This document shows positions 13,201 to 26,676 of a stretch of DNA of 64,000 bases, piece by piece; positions within the stretch are counted from its first letter, which is position 1; each line of letters opens with the position of its first letter. The DNA is from Auanema rhodensis (Eukaryota > Animalia > Nematoda). The notes under the pieces were generated by a model. The model made no database searches. It saw nothing but the letters and a program-made list of their open reading frames with translations, and was not told the origin of the DNA. The stretch lies in the NCBI GenBank assembly GCA_964057225.1, contig OZ059899.1, positions 2,666,001 to 2,730,000 of the forward strand, given 5' to 3'. Made by a program: the position numbers and the translations under genes.

Positions 13201-16200
13201 ATTTTTTTCGTTGAATAACATTGTCCATCGTCTTTGCCTTGAAAAACGAAATCTAAAAACATCTACTTTTTGCTAAATTATTTTGAAATTTTTCGAAAAA
13301 ATTTTTGTCAAAATGTTTTTGGAAGCAATGTTGAGTGTACATGGAAACTCAACATACACTAATGCATCATTTTTCAAACGATCATAACTAATTTTTGTAT
13401 TAAGCGTTTCTCAATGTAGTATAGTGCATTCGATGCGGATTTTTGAGCTGCGTCGATCTGTGTTATCAGATTTGCGCTAGCTTAAAAAAGCACCGAGATA
13501 TCAACTGATATAAGTTCACACTTATATCCTCGATTTTCACCCTGAAGAATTATTTTTTTCGTTGAATAACATTGTCCATCGTCTTTGCCTTGAAAAACGG
13601 AATCTAAAAACATCTACTTTTTGCTAAATTATTTTGAAATTTTTCGAAAAAATTTTTGTCAAAATGTTTTTGGAAGCAATGTTGAGTGTACATGGAAACT
13701 CAACATACACTAATGCATCATTTTTCAAACGATCATAACTAATTTTTGTATTAAGCGTTTCTCAATGTAGTATAGTGCATTCGATGCGGATTTTTGAGCT
13801 GCGTCGATCTGTGTTATCAGATTTGCGCTAGCTTGAAAATGCACCGAGATATCAACTGATATAAGTTCACACTTATATCCTCGATTTTCACCCTGAAGAA
13901 ATAATTTTTTCGTCGAATAACAATGTCCATCGTCTTTGCCTTGAAAAACGGAATTTAAAAACATCTACTTTTCGCTAAATTATCTTGAAATTTTTCGAAA
14001 AAATTTTTGTCAAAATGTTTTTGGAAGCAATGTTGAGTGTACATGGAAACTCAACATACACTAATGCATCATTTTTCAAACAATCATAACTAATTTTTGT
14101 ATTAAGCGTTTCTCAATGTAGTATAGTGCATTCGATGCGGATTTTTGAGCTGCGTCGATCTGTGTTATCAGATTTGCGCTAGCTTAAAAAAGCACCGAGA
14201 TATCAACTGATATAAGTTCACACTTATATCCTCGATTTTCACCCTGAAGAATTATTTTTTTCGTTGAATAACATTGTCCATCGTCTTTGCCTTGAAAAAC
14301 GGAATCTAAAAACATCTACTTTTCGCTAAATTATCTTGAAATTTTTCGAAAAAATTTTTGTCAAAATGTTTTTGGAAGCAATGTTGAGTGTACATGGAAA
14401 CTCAACATACACTAATGCATCATTTTTCAAACGATCATAACTAAATTTTGTATTACACGTTTCTCAATGTAGTATAGTGCATTCGATGCGGATTTTTAAG
14501 CTGCGTCGATCTGTGTTATCAGATTTGCGCTAGCTTAAAAAAGCACCGAGATATCAACTGATATAAGTTCACACTTATATCCTCGATTTTCACCCTGAAG
14601 AATTAATTTTTTCGTTGAATAACATTGTCCATCGTCTTTGCCTTGAAAAACGGAATCTAAAAACATCTACTTTTCGCTAAATTATCTTGAAATTTTTCGA
14701 AAAAATTTTTGTCAAAATGTTTTTGGAAGCAATGTTGAGTGTACATGGAAACTCAACATACACTAATGCATCATTTTTCAAACAATCATAACTAATTTTT
14801 GTATTAAGCGTTTCTCAATGTAGTATAGTGCATTCGATGCGGATTTTTGAGCTGCGTCGATCTGTGTTATCAGATTTGCGCTAGCTTGAAAATGCACCGA
14901 GATATCAACTGATATAAGTTCACACTTATAACCTCGATTTTCACCCTGAAGAATTAATTTTTTCGATGAATAACATTGTCCATCGTCTTTGCCTTGAAAA
15001 ACGGAATCTTAAAACATCTACTTTTCGCTAAATTATTTTGAAATTTTTCGAAAAAATTTTTGTCAAAATGTTTTTGGAAGCAATGTTGAGTGTACATGGA
15101 AACTCAACATACACTAATGCATCATTTTTCAAACGATCATAACTAAATTTTGTATTACACGTTTCTCAATGTAGTATAGTGCATTCGATGCGGATTTTTA
15201 AGCTGCGTCGATCTGTGTTATCAGATTTGCGCTAGCTTAAAAAAGCACCGAGATATCAACTGATATAAGTTCACACTTATATCCTCGATTTTCACCCTGA
15301 AGAATTAATTTTTTCGTTGAATAACATTGTCCATCGTCTTTGCCTTGAAAAACGGAATCTAAAAACATCTACTTTTCGCTAAATTATCTTGAAATTTTTC
15401 GAAAAAATTTTTGTCAAAATGTTTTTGGAAGCAATGTTGAGTGTACATGGAAACTCAACATACACTAATGCATCATTTTTCAAACAATCATAACTAATTT
15501 TTGTATTAAGCGTTTCTCAATGTAGTATAGTGCATTCGATGCGGATTTTTGAGCTGCGTCGATCTGTGTTATCAGATTTGCGCTAGCTTGAAAATGCACC
15601 GAGATATCAACTGATATAAGTTCACACTTATAACCTCGATTTTCACCCTGAAGAATTAATTTTTTCGATGAATAACATTGTCCATCGTCTTTGCCTTGAA
15701 AAACGGAATCTTAAAACATCTACTTTTCGCTAAATTATTTTGAAATTTTTCGAAAAAATTTTTGTCAAAATGTTTTTGGAAGCAATGTTGAGTGTACATG
15801 GAAACTCAACATACACTAATGCATCATTTTTCAAACGATCATAACTAATTTTTGTATTAAGCGTTTCTTAATGTAGTATAGTGCATTCGATGCGGATTTT
15901 TGAGCTGCGTCGATCTGTGTTATCAGATTTGCGCTAGCTTGAAAATGCACCGAGATATCAACTGATATAAGTTCACACTTATATCCTCGATTTTCACCCT
16001 GAAGAATTAATTTTTTCGTTGAATAACATTGTCCATCGTCTTTGCCTTGAAAAACGGAATCTGAAAACATCTACTTTTCGCTAAATTATCTTGAAATTTT
16101 TCGAAAAAATTTTTGTCAAAATGTTTTTGGAAGCAATGTTGAGTGTACATGGAAACTCAACATACACTAATGCATCATTTTTCAAACGATCATAACTAAT

Positions 16201-19200
16201 TTTTGTATTGAGCGTTTCTCAATGTAGTATAGTGCATTCAATGCGGATTTTTGAGCTGCATCGATCTGTGTTATCAGATTTGCGCTAGCTTAAAAATGCA
16301 CCGAGATATCAACTGATATAAGTTCACACTTATATCCTCGATTTTCACCCTGAAGAATTATTTTTTTCGTTGAATAACATTGTCCATCGTCTTTGCCTTG
16401 AAAAACGGAATCTGAAAACATCTACTTTTCGCTAAATTATCTTGAAATTTTTCGAAAAAATTTTTGTCAAAATGTTTTTGGAAGCAATGTTGAGTGTACA
16501 TGGAAACTCAACATACACTAATGCATCATTTTTCAAACGATCATAACTAATTTTTGTATTGAGCGTTTCTCAATGTAGTATAGTGCATTCAATGCGGATT
16601 TTTGAGCTGCGTCGATCTGTGTTATCAGATTTGCGCTAGCTTAAAAATGCACCGAGATATCAACTGATATAAGTTCACACTTATATCCTCGATTTTCACC
16701 CTGAAGAATTATTTTTTTCGTTGAATAACATTGTCCATCGTCTTTGCTTTGAAAAACGGAATCTAAAAACATCTACTTTTTGCTAAATTATTTTGAAATT
16801 TTTCGAAAAAATTTTTGTCAAAATGTTTTTGGAAGCAATGTTGAGTGTACATGGAAACTCAACATACACTAATGCATCATTTTTCAAACGATCATAACTA
16901 AATTTTGTATTAAGCGTTTCTCAATGTAGTATAGTGCATTCGATGCGGATTTTTAAGCTGCGTCGATCTGTGTTATCAGATTTGCGCTAGCTTAAAAAAG
17001 CACCGAGATATCAACTGATATAAGTTCACACTTATATCCTCGATTTTCACCCTGAAGAATTATTTTTTTCGTTGAATAACATTGTCCATCGTCTTTGCTT
17101 TGAAAAACGGAATCTAAAAACATCTACTTTTTGCTAAAATATTTTGAAATTTTTCGAAAAAATTTTTGTCAAAATGTTTTTGGAAGCAATGTTGAGTGTA
17201 CATGGAAACTCAACATACACTAATGCATCATTTTTCAAACGATCATAACTAAATTTTGTATTAAGCGTTTCTCAATGTAGTATAGTGCATTCGATGCGGA
17301 TTTTTGAGCTGCGTCGATCTGTGTTATCAGATTTGCGCTAGCTTGAAAATGCACCGAGATATCAACTGATATAAGTTCACACTTATATCCTCGATTTTCA
17401 CCCTGAAGAATTAATTTTTTCGTTGAATAACATTGTCCATCGTCTTTGCCTTGAAAAACGGAATCTAAAAACATCTACTTTTCGCTAAATTATCTTGAAA
17501 TTTTTCGAAAAAATTTTTGTCAAAATGTTTTTGGAAGCAATGTTGAGTGTACATGGAAACTCAACATACACTAATGCATCATTTTTCAAACAATCATAAC
17601 TAATTTTTGTATTAATCGTTTCTCAATGTAGTATAGTGCATTCGATGCGGATTTTTGAGCTGCGTCGATCTGTGTTATCAGATTTGCGCTAGCTTAAAAA
17701 AGCACCGAGATATCAACTGATATAAGTTCACACTTATATCCTCGATTTTCACCCTGAAGAATTATTTTTTTCGTTGAATAACATTGTCCATCGTCTTTGC
17801 CTTGAAAAACGGAATCTAAGAACATCTACTTTTTGCTAAATTAATTTGAAATTTTTCGAAAAAATTTTTGTCAAAATGTTTTTGGAAGCAATGTTGAGTG
17901 TACATGGAAACTCAACATACACTAATGCATCATTTTTCAAACGATCATAACTAATTTTTGTATTAAGCGTTTCTCAATGTAGTATAGTGCATTCGATGCG
18001 GATTTTTGAGCTGCGTCGATCTGTGTTATCAGATTTGCGCTAGCTTGAAAATGCACCGAGATATCAACTGATATAAGTTCACACTTATAACCTCGATTTT
18101 CACCCTGAAGAATTAATTTTTTCGATGAATAACATTGTCCATCGTCTTTGCCTTGAAAAACGGAATCTTAAAACATCTACTTTTCGCTAAATTATTTTGA
18201 AATTTTTCGAAAAAATTTTTGTCAAAATGTTTTTGGAAGCAATGTTGAGTGTACATGGAAACTCAACATACACTAATGCATCATTTTTCAAACAATCATA
18301 ACTAATTTTTGTATTAAGCGTTTCTCAATGTAGTATAGTGCATTCGATGCGGATTTTTGAGCTGCGTCGATCTGTGTTATCAGATTTGCGCTAGCTTGAA
18401 AATGCACCGAGATATCAACTGATATAAGTTCACACTTATAACCTCGATTTTCACCCTGAAGAATTAATTTTTTCGATGAATAACATTGTCCATCGTCTTT
18501 GCCTTGAAAAACGGAATCTTAAAACATCTACTTTTCGCTAAATTATTTTGAAATTTTTCGAAAAAATTTTTGTCAAAATGTTTTTGGAAGCAATGTTGAG
18601 TGTACATGGAAACTCAACATACACTAATGCATCATTTTTCAAACGATCATAACTAATTTTTGTATTAAGCGTTTCTTAATGTAGTATAGTGCATTCGATG
18701 CGGATTTTTGAGCTGCGTCGATCTGTGTTATCAGATTTGCGCTAGCTTGAAAATGCACCGAGATATCAACTGATATAAGTTCACACTTATATCCTCGATT
18801 TTCACCCTGAAGAATTAATTTTTTCGTTGAATAACATTGTCCATCGTCTTTGCCTTGAAAAACGGAATCTGAAAACATCTACTTTTCGCTAAATTATCTT
18901 GAAATTTTTCGAAAAAATTTTTGTCAAAATGTTTTTGGAAGCAATGTTGAGTGTACATGGAAACTCAACATACACTAATGCATCATTTTTCAAACGATCA
19001 TAACTAATTTTTGTATTGAGCGTTTCTCAATGTAGTATAGTGCATTCAATGCGGATTTTTGAGCTGCGTCGATCTGTGTTATCAGATTTGCGCTAGCTTA
19101 AAAATGCACCGAGATATCAACTGATATAAGTTCACACTTATATCCTCGATTTTCACCCTGAAGAATTATTTTTTTCGTTGAATAACATTGTCCATCGTCT

Positions 19201-19656
19201 TTGCTTTGAAAAACGGAATCTAAAAACATCTACTTTTTGCTAAATTATTTTGAAATTTTTCGAAAAAATTTTTGTCAAAATGTTTTTGGAAGCAATGTTG
19301 AGTGTACATGGAAACTCAACATACACTAATGCATCATTTTTCAAACGATCATAACTAAATTTTGTATTAAGCGTTTCTCAATGTAGTATAGTGCATTCGA
19401 TGCGGATTTTTGAGCTGCGTCGATCTGTGTTATCAGATTTGCGCTAGCTTGAAAATGCACCGAGATATCAACTGATATAAGTTCACACTTATAACCTCGA
19501 TTTTCACCCTGAAGAATTAATTTTTTCGATGAATAACATTGTCCATCGTCTTTGCCTTGAAAAACGGAATCTTAAAACATCTACTTTTCGCTAAATTATT
19601 TTGAAATTTTTCGAAAAAATTTTTGTCAAAATGTTTTTGGAAGCAATGTTGAGTGT
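4213..19656 (+). repeat. Large block duplication, copy A (monomers 13-56)
   Basis: Ordered series of rare variants: ctttctgc (~4491), tttttaccctgaagattt (~5110), ttcatcc (~5815), atcttcg (~9665), ggaatttt (~10630), gccttaaaaaaaagaatctg (~11130), ctcgac (~11243), cgtcgaataacaatg (~13911), ttacacg (~14454), ttaatcg/ctaagaac (~17612/17816). The same series recurs in the same order in copy B. Confidence 0.88.
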
Positions 19657-22113
19657 ACATGGAAACTCAACATACACTAATGCATCATTTTTCAAACGAT
19701 CATAACTAATTTTTGTATTAAGCGTTTCTTAATGTAGTATAGTGCATTCGATGCGGATTTTTGAGCTGCGTCGATCTGTGTTATCAGATTTGCGCTAGCT
19801 TAAAAAAGCACCGAGATATCAACTGATATAAGTTCACACTTATATCCTCGATTTTCACCCTGAAGAATTATTTTTTTCGTTGAATAACATTGTCCATCGT
19901 CTTTGCCTTGAAAAACGGAATCTAAAAACATCTACTTTCTGCTAAATTATTTTGAAATTTTTCGAAAAAATTTTTGTCAAAATGTTTTTGGAAGCAATGT
20001 TGAGTGTACATGGAAACTCAACATACACTAATGCATCATTTTTCAAACGATCATAACTAATTTTTGTATTAAGCGTTTCTCAATGTAGTATAGTGCATTC
20101 GATGCGGATTTTTGAGCTGCGTCGATCTGTGTTATCAGATTTGCGCTAGCTTGAAAATGCACCGAGATATCAACTGATATAAGTTCACACTTATATCCTC
20201 GATTTTCACCCTGAAGAATTAATTTTTTCGTTGAATAACATTGTCCATCGTCTTTGCCTTGAAAAACGGAATCTAAAAACATCTACTTTTCGCTAAATTA
20301 TCTTGAAATTTTTCGAAAAAATTTTTGTCAAAATGTTTTTGGAAGCAATGTTGAGTGTACATGGAAACTCAACATACACTAATGCATCATTTTTCAAACG
20401 ATCATAACTAATTTTTGTATTAAGCGTTTCTCAATGTAGTATAGTGCATTCGATGCGGATTTTTGAGCTGCGTCGATCTGTGTTATCAGATTTGCGCTAG
20501 CTTGAAAATGCACCGAGATATCAACTGATATAAGTTCACACTTATATCCTCGATTTTTACCCTGAAGATTTAATTTTTTCGTTGAATAACATTGTCCATC
20601 GTCTTTGCTTTGAAAAACGGAATCTAAAAACATCTACTTTTCGCTAAATTATCTTGAAATTTTTCGAAAAAATTTTTGTCAAAATGTTTTTGGAAGCAAT
20701 GTTGAGTGTACATGGAAACTCAACATACACTAATGCATCATTTTTCAAACGATCATAACTAATTTTTGTATTGAGCGTTTCTCAATGTAGTATAGTGCAT
20801 TCGATGCGGATTTTTGAGCTGCGTCGATCTGTGTTATCAGATTTGCGCTAGCTTAAAAAAGCACCGAGATATCAACTGATATAAGTTCACACTTATATCC
20901 TCGATTTTCACCCTGAAGAATTATTTTTTTCGTTGAATAACATTGTCCATCGTCTTTGCTTTGAAAAACGGAATCTAAAAACATCTACTTTTTGCTAAAT
21001 TATTTTGAAATTTTTCGAAAAAATTTTTGTCAAAATGTTTTTGGAAGCAATGTTGAGTGTACATGGAAACTCAACATACACTAATGCATCATTTTTCAAA
21101 CGATCATAACTAAATTTTGTATTAAGCGTTTCTCAATGTAGTATAGTGCATTCGATGCGGATTTTTAAGCTGCGTCGATCTGTGTTATCAGATTTGCGCT
21201 AGCTTAAAAATGCACCGAGATATCAACTGATATAAGTTCACACTTATATCCTCGATTTTCATCCTGAAGAATTATTTTTTTCGTTGAATAACATTGTCCA
21301 TCGTCTTCGCCTTGAAAAAAGGAATCTAAAAACATCTACTTTTTGCTAAATTATTTTGAAATTTTTCGAAAAAATTTTTGTCAAAATGTTTTTGGAAGCA
21401 ATGTTGAGTGTACATGGAAACTCAACATACACTAATGCATCATTTTTCAAACGATCATAACTAATTTTTGTATTGAGCGTTTCTCAATGTAGTATAGTGC
21501 ATTCAATGCGGATTTTTGAGCTGCGTCGATCTGTGTTATCAGATTTGCGCTAGCTTAAAAATGCACCGAGATATCAACTGATATAAGTTCACACTTATAT
21601 CCTCGATTTTCACCCTGAAGAATTATTTTTTTCGTTGAATAACATTGTCCATCGTCTTTGCTTTGAAAAACGGAATCTAAAAACATCTACTTTTTGCTAA
21701 ATTATTTTGAAATTTTTCGAAAAAATTTTTGTCAAAATGTTTTTGGAAGCAATGTTGAGTGTACATGGAAACTCAACATACACTAATGCATCATTTTTCA
21801 AACGATCATAACTAATTTTTGTATTGAGCGTTTCTCAATGTAGTATAGTGCATTCGATGCGGATTTTTGAGCTGCGTCGATCTGTGTTATCAGATTTGCG
21901 CTAGCTTGAAAATGCACCGAGATATCAACTGATATAAGTTCACACTTATATCCTCGATTTTCACCCTGAAGAATTATTTTTTTCGTTGAATAACATTGTC
22001 CATCGTCTTTGCTTTGAAAAACGGAATCTAAAAACATCTACTTTTTGCTAAATTATTTTGAAATTTTTCGAAAAAATTTTTGTCAAAATGTTTTTGGAAG
22101 CAATGTTGAGTGT

Positions 22114-25100
22114 ACATGGAAACTCAACATACACTAATGCATCATTTTTCAAACGATCATAACTAAATTTTGTATTAAGCGTTTCTCAATGTAGTATAGT
22201 GCATTCGATGCGGATTTTTAAGCTGCGTCGATCTGTGTTATCAGATTTGCGCTAGCTTAAAAATGCACCGAGATATCAACTGATATAAGTTCACACTTAT
22301 ATCCTCGATTTTCACCCTGAAGAATTATTTTTTTCGTTGAATAACATTGTCCATCGTCTTCGCCTTGAAAAAAGGAATCTAAAAACATCTACTTTTTGCT
22401 AAATTATTTTTAAATTTTTCGAAAAAATTTTTGTCAAAATGTTTTTGGAAGCAATGTTGAGTGTACATGGAAACTCAACATACACTAATGCATCATTTTT
22501 CAAACGATCATAACTAATTTTTGTATTGAGCGTTTCTCAATGTAGTATAGTGCATTCAATGCGGATTTTTGAGCTGCGTCGATCTGTGTTATCAGATTTG
22601 CGCTAGCTTAAAAATGCACCGAGATATCAACTGATATAAGTTCACACTTATATCCTCGATTTTCACCCTGAAGAATTATTTTTTTCGTTGAATAACATTG
22701 TCCATCGTCTTTGCTTTGAAAAACGGAATCTAAAAACATCTACTTTTTGCTAAATTATTTTGAAATTTTTCGAAAAAATTTTTGTCAAAATGTTTTTGGA
22801 AGCAATGTTGAGTGTACATGGAAACTCAACATACACTAATGCATCATTTTTCAAACGATCATAACTAATTTTTGTATTGAGCGTTTCTCAATGTAGTATA
22901 GTGCATTCGATGCGGATTTTTGAGCTGCGTCGATCTGTGTTATCAGATTTGCGCTAGCTTAAAAAAGCACCGAGATATCAACTGATATAAGTTCACACTT
23001 ATATCCTCGATTTTCACCCTGAAGAATTATTTTTTTCGTTGAATAACATTGTCCATCGTCTTTGCTTTGAAAAACGGAATCTAAAAACATCTACTTTTTG
23101 CTAAATTATTTTGAAATTTTTCGAAAAAATTTTTGTCAAAATGTTTTTGGAAGCAATGTTGAGTGTACATGGAAACTCAACATACACTAATGCATCATTT
23201 TTCAAACGATCATAACTAAATTTTGTATTAAGCGTTTCTCAATGTAGTATAGTGCATTCGATGCGGATTTTTAAGCTGCGTCGATCTGTGTTATCAGATT
23301 TGCGCTAGCTTAAAAAAGCACCGAGATATCAACTGATATAAGTTCACACTTATATCCTCGATTTTCACCCTGAAGAATTATTTTTTTCGTTGAATAACAT
23401 TGTCCATCGTCTTTGCCTTGAAAAACGGAATCTAAAAATATCTACTTTTCGCTAAATTATTTTGAAATTTTTCGAAAAAATTTTTGTCAAAATGTTTTTG
23501 GAAGCAATGTTGAGTGTACATGGAAACTCAACATACACTAATGCATCATTTTTCAAACGATCATAACTAAATTTTGTATTAAGCGTTTCTCAATGTAGTA
23601 TAGTGCATTCGATGCGGATTTTTAAGCTGCGTCGATCTGTGTTATCAGATTTGCGCTAGCTTAAAAATGCACCGAGATATCAACTGATATAAGTTCACAC
23701 TTATATCCTCGATTTTCACCCTGAAGAATTATTTTTTTCGTTGAATAACATTGTCCATCGTCTTCGCCTTGAAAAAAGGAATCTAAAAACATCTACTTTT
23801 TGCTAAATTATTTTTAAATTTTTCGAAAAAATTTTTGTCAAAATGTTTTTGGAAGCAATGTTGAGTGTACATGGAAACTCAACATACACTAATGCATCAT
23901 TTTTCAAACGATCATAACTAATTTTTGTATTGAGCGTTTCTCAATGTAGTATAGTGCATTCAATGCGGATTTTTGAGCTGCGTCGATCTGTGTTATCAGA
24001 TTTGCGCTAGCTTAAAAATGCACCGAGATATCAACTGATATAAGTTCACACTTATATCCTCGATTTTCACCCTGAAGAATTATTTTTTTCGTTGAATAAC
24101 ATTGTCCATCGTCTTTGCTTTGAAAAACGGAATCTAAAAACATCTACTTTTTGCTAAATTATTTTGAAATTTTTCGAAAAAATTTTTGTCAAAATGTTTT
24201 TGGAAGCAATGTTGAGTGTACATGGAAACTCAACATACACTAATGCATCATTTTTCAAACGATCATAACTAATTTTTGTATTGAGCGTTTCTCAATGTAG
24301 TATAGTGCATTCAATGCGGATTTTTGAGCTGCGTCGATCTGTGTTATCAGATTTGCGCTAGCTTAAAAATGCACCGAGATATCAACTGATATAAGTTCAC
24401 ACTTATATCCTCGATTTTCACCCTGAAGAATTATTTTTTTCGTTGAATAACATTGTCCATCGTCTTTGCTTTGAAAAACGGAATCTAAAAACATCTACTT
24501 TTTGCTAAATTATTTTGAAATTTTTCGAAAAAATTTTTGTCAAAATGTTTTTGGAAGCAATGTTGAGTGTACATGGAAACTCAACATACACTAATGCATC
24601 ATTTTTCAAACGATCATAACTAATTTTTGTATTGATCGTTTCTCAATGTAGTATAGTGCATTCGATGCGGATTTTTGAGCTGCGTCGATCTGTGTTATCA
24701 GATTTGCGCTAGCTTAAAAAAGCACCGAGATATCAACTGATATAAGTTCACACTTATATCCTCGATTTTCACCCTGAAGAATTATTTTTTTCGTTGAATA
24801 ACATTGTCCATCGTCTTTGCTTTGAAAAACGGAATCTAAAAACATCTACTTTTTGCTAAATTATTTTGAAATTTTTCGAAAAAATTTTTGTCAAAATGTT
24901 TTTGGAAGCAATGTTGAGTGTACATGGAAACTCAACATACACTAATGCATCATTTTTCAAACGATCATAACTAAATTTTGTATTAAGCGTTTCTCAATGT
25001 AGTATAGTGCATTCGATGCGGATTTTTAAGCTGCGTCGATCTGTGTTATCAGATTTGCGCTAGCTTAAAAAAGCACCGAGATATCAACTGATATAAGTTC

Positions 25101-26676
25101 ACACTTATATCCTCGATTTTCACCCTGAAGAATTATTTTTTTCGTTGAATAACATTGTCCATCGTCTTTGCCTTGAAAAACGGAATCTAAAAATATCTAC
25201 TTTTCGCTAAATTATTTTGAAATTTTTCGAAAAAATTTTTGTCAAAATGTTTTTGGAAGCAATGTTGAGTGTACATGGAAACTCAACATACACTAATGCA
25301 TCATTTTTCAAACGATCATAACTAAATTTTGTATTAAGCGTTTCTCAATGTAGTATAGTGCATTCGATGCGGATTTTTAAGCTGCGTCGATCTGTGTTAT
25401 CAGATTTGCGCTAGCTTAAAAATGCACCGAGATATCAACTGATATAAGTTCACACTTATATCCTCGATTTTCACCCTGAAGAATTATTTTTTTCGTTGAA
25501 TAACATTGTCCATCGTCTTCGCCTTGAAAAAAGGAATCTAAAAACATCTACTTTCTGCTAAATTATTTTTAAATTTTTCGAAAAAATTTTTGTCAAAATG
25601 TTTTTGGAAGCAATGTTGAGTGTACATGGAAACTCAACATACACTAATGCATCATTTTTCAAACGATCATAACTAATTTTTGTATTGAGCGTTTCTCAAT
25701 GTAGTATAGTGCATTCAATGCGGATTTTTGAGCTGCGTCGATCTGTGTTATCAGATTTGCGCTAGCTTAAAAATGCACCGAGATATCAACTGATATAAGT
25801 TCACACTTATATCCTCGATTTTCACCCTGAAGAATTATTTTTTTCGTTGAATAACATTGTCCATCGTCTTTGCTTTGAAAAACGGAATCTAAAAACATCT
25901 ACTTTTTGCTAAATTATTTTGAAATTTTTCGAAAAAATTTTTGTCAAAATGTTTTTGGAAGCAATGTTGAGTGTACATGGAAACTCAACATACACTAATG
26001 CATCATTTTTCAAACGATCATAACTAATTTTTGTATTGAGCGTTTCTCAATGTAGTATAGTGCATTCGATGCGGATTTTTGAGCTGCGTCGATCTGTGTT
26101 ATCAGATTTGCGCTAGCTTAAAAAAGCACCGAGATATCAACTGATATAAGTTCACACTTATATCCTCGATTTTCACCCTGAAGAATTATTTTTTTCGTTG
26201 AATAACATTGTCCATCGTCTTTGCTTTGAAAAACGGAATCTAAAAACATCTACTTTTTGCTAAATTATTTTGAAATTTTTCGAAAAAATTTTTGTCAAAA
26301 TGTTTTTGGAAGCAATGTTGAGTGTACATGGAAACTCAACATACACTAATGCATCATTTTTCAAACGATCATAACTAAATTTTGTATTAAGCGTTTCTCA
26401 ATGTAGTATAGTGCATTCGATGCGGATTTTTAAGCTGCGTCGATCTGTGTTATCAGATTTGCGCTAGCTTAAAAAAGCACCGAGATATCAACTGATATAA
26501 GTTCACACTTATATCCTCGATTTTCACCCTGAAGAATTATTTTTTTCGTTGAATAACATTGTCCATCGTCTTTGCCTTGAAAAACGGAATCTAAAAACAT
26601 CTACTTTTCGCTAAATTATTTTGAAATTTTTCGAAAAAATTTTTGTCAAAATGTTTTTGGAAGCAATGTTGAGTGT
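22114..26676 (+). repeat. Local ~4-monomer higher-order unit repeated three times (4+5+4; monomers 64-76)
   Basis: The monomer with cttcgcc/aaaaagg/tttttaaatt is found at monomers 64, 68 and 73. The private aaaaatatct variant is in monomers 67 (~23435) and 72 (~25190). Monomers 69 and 70 are a duplicated pair. Confidence 0.8.
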
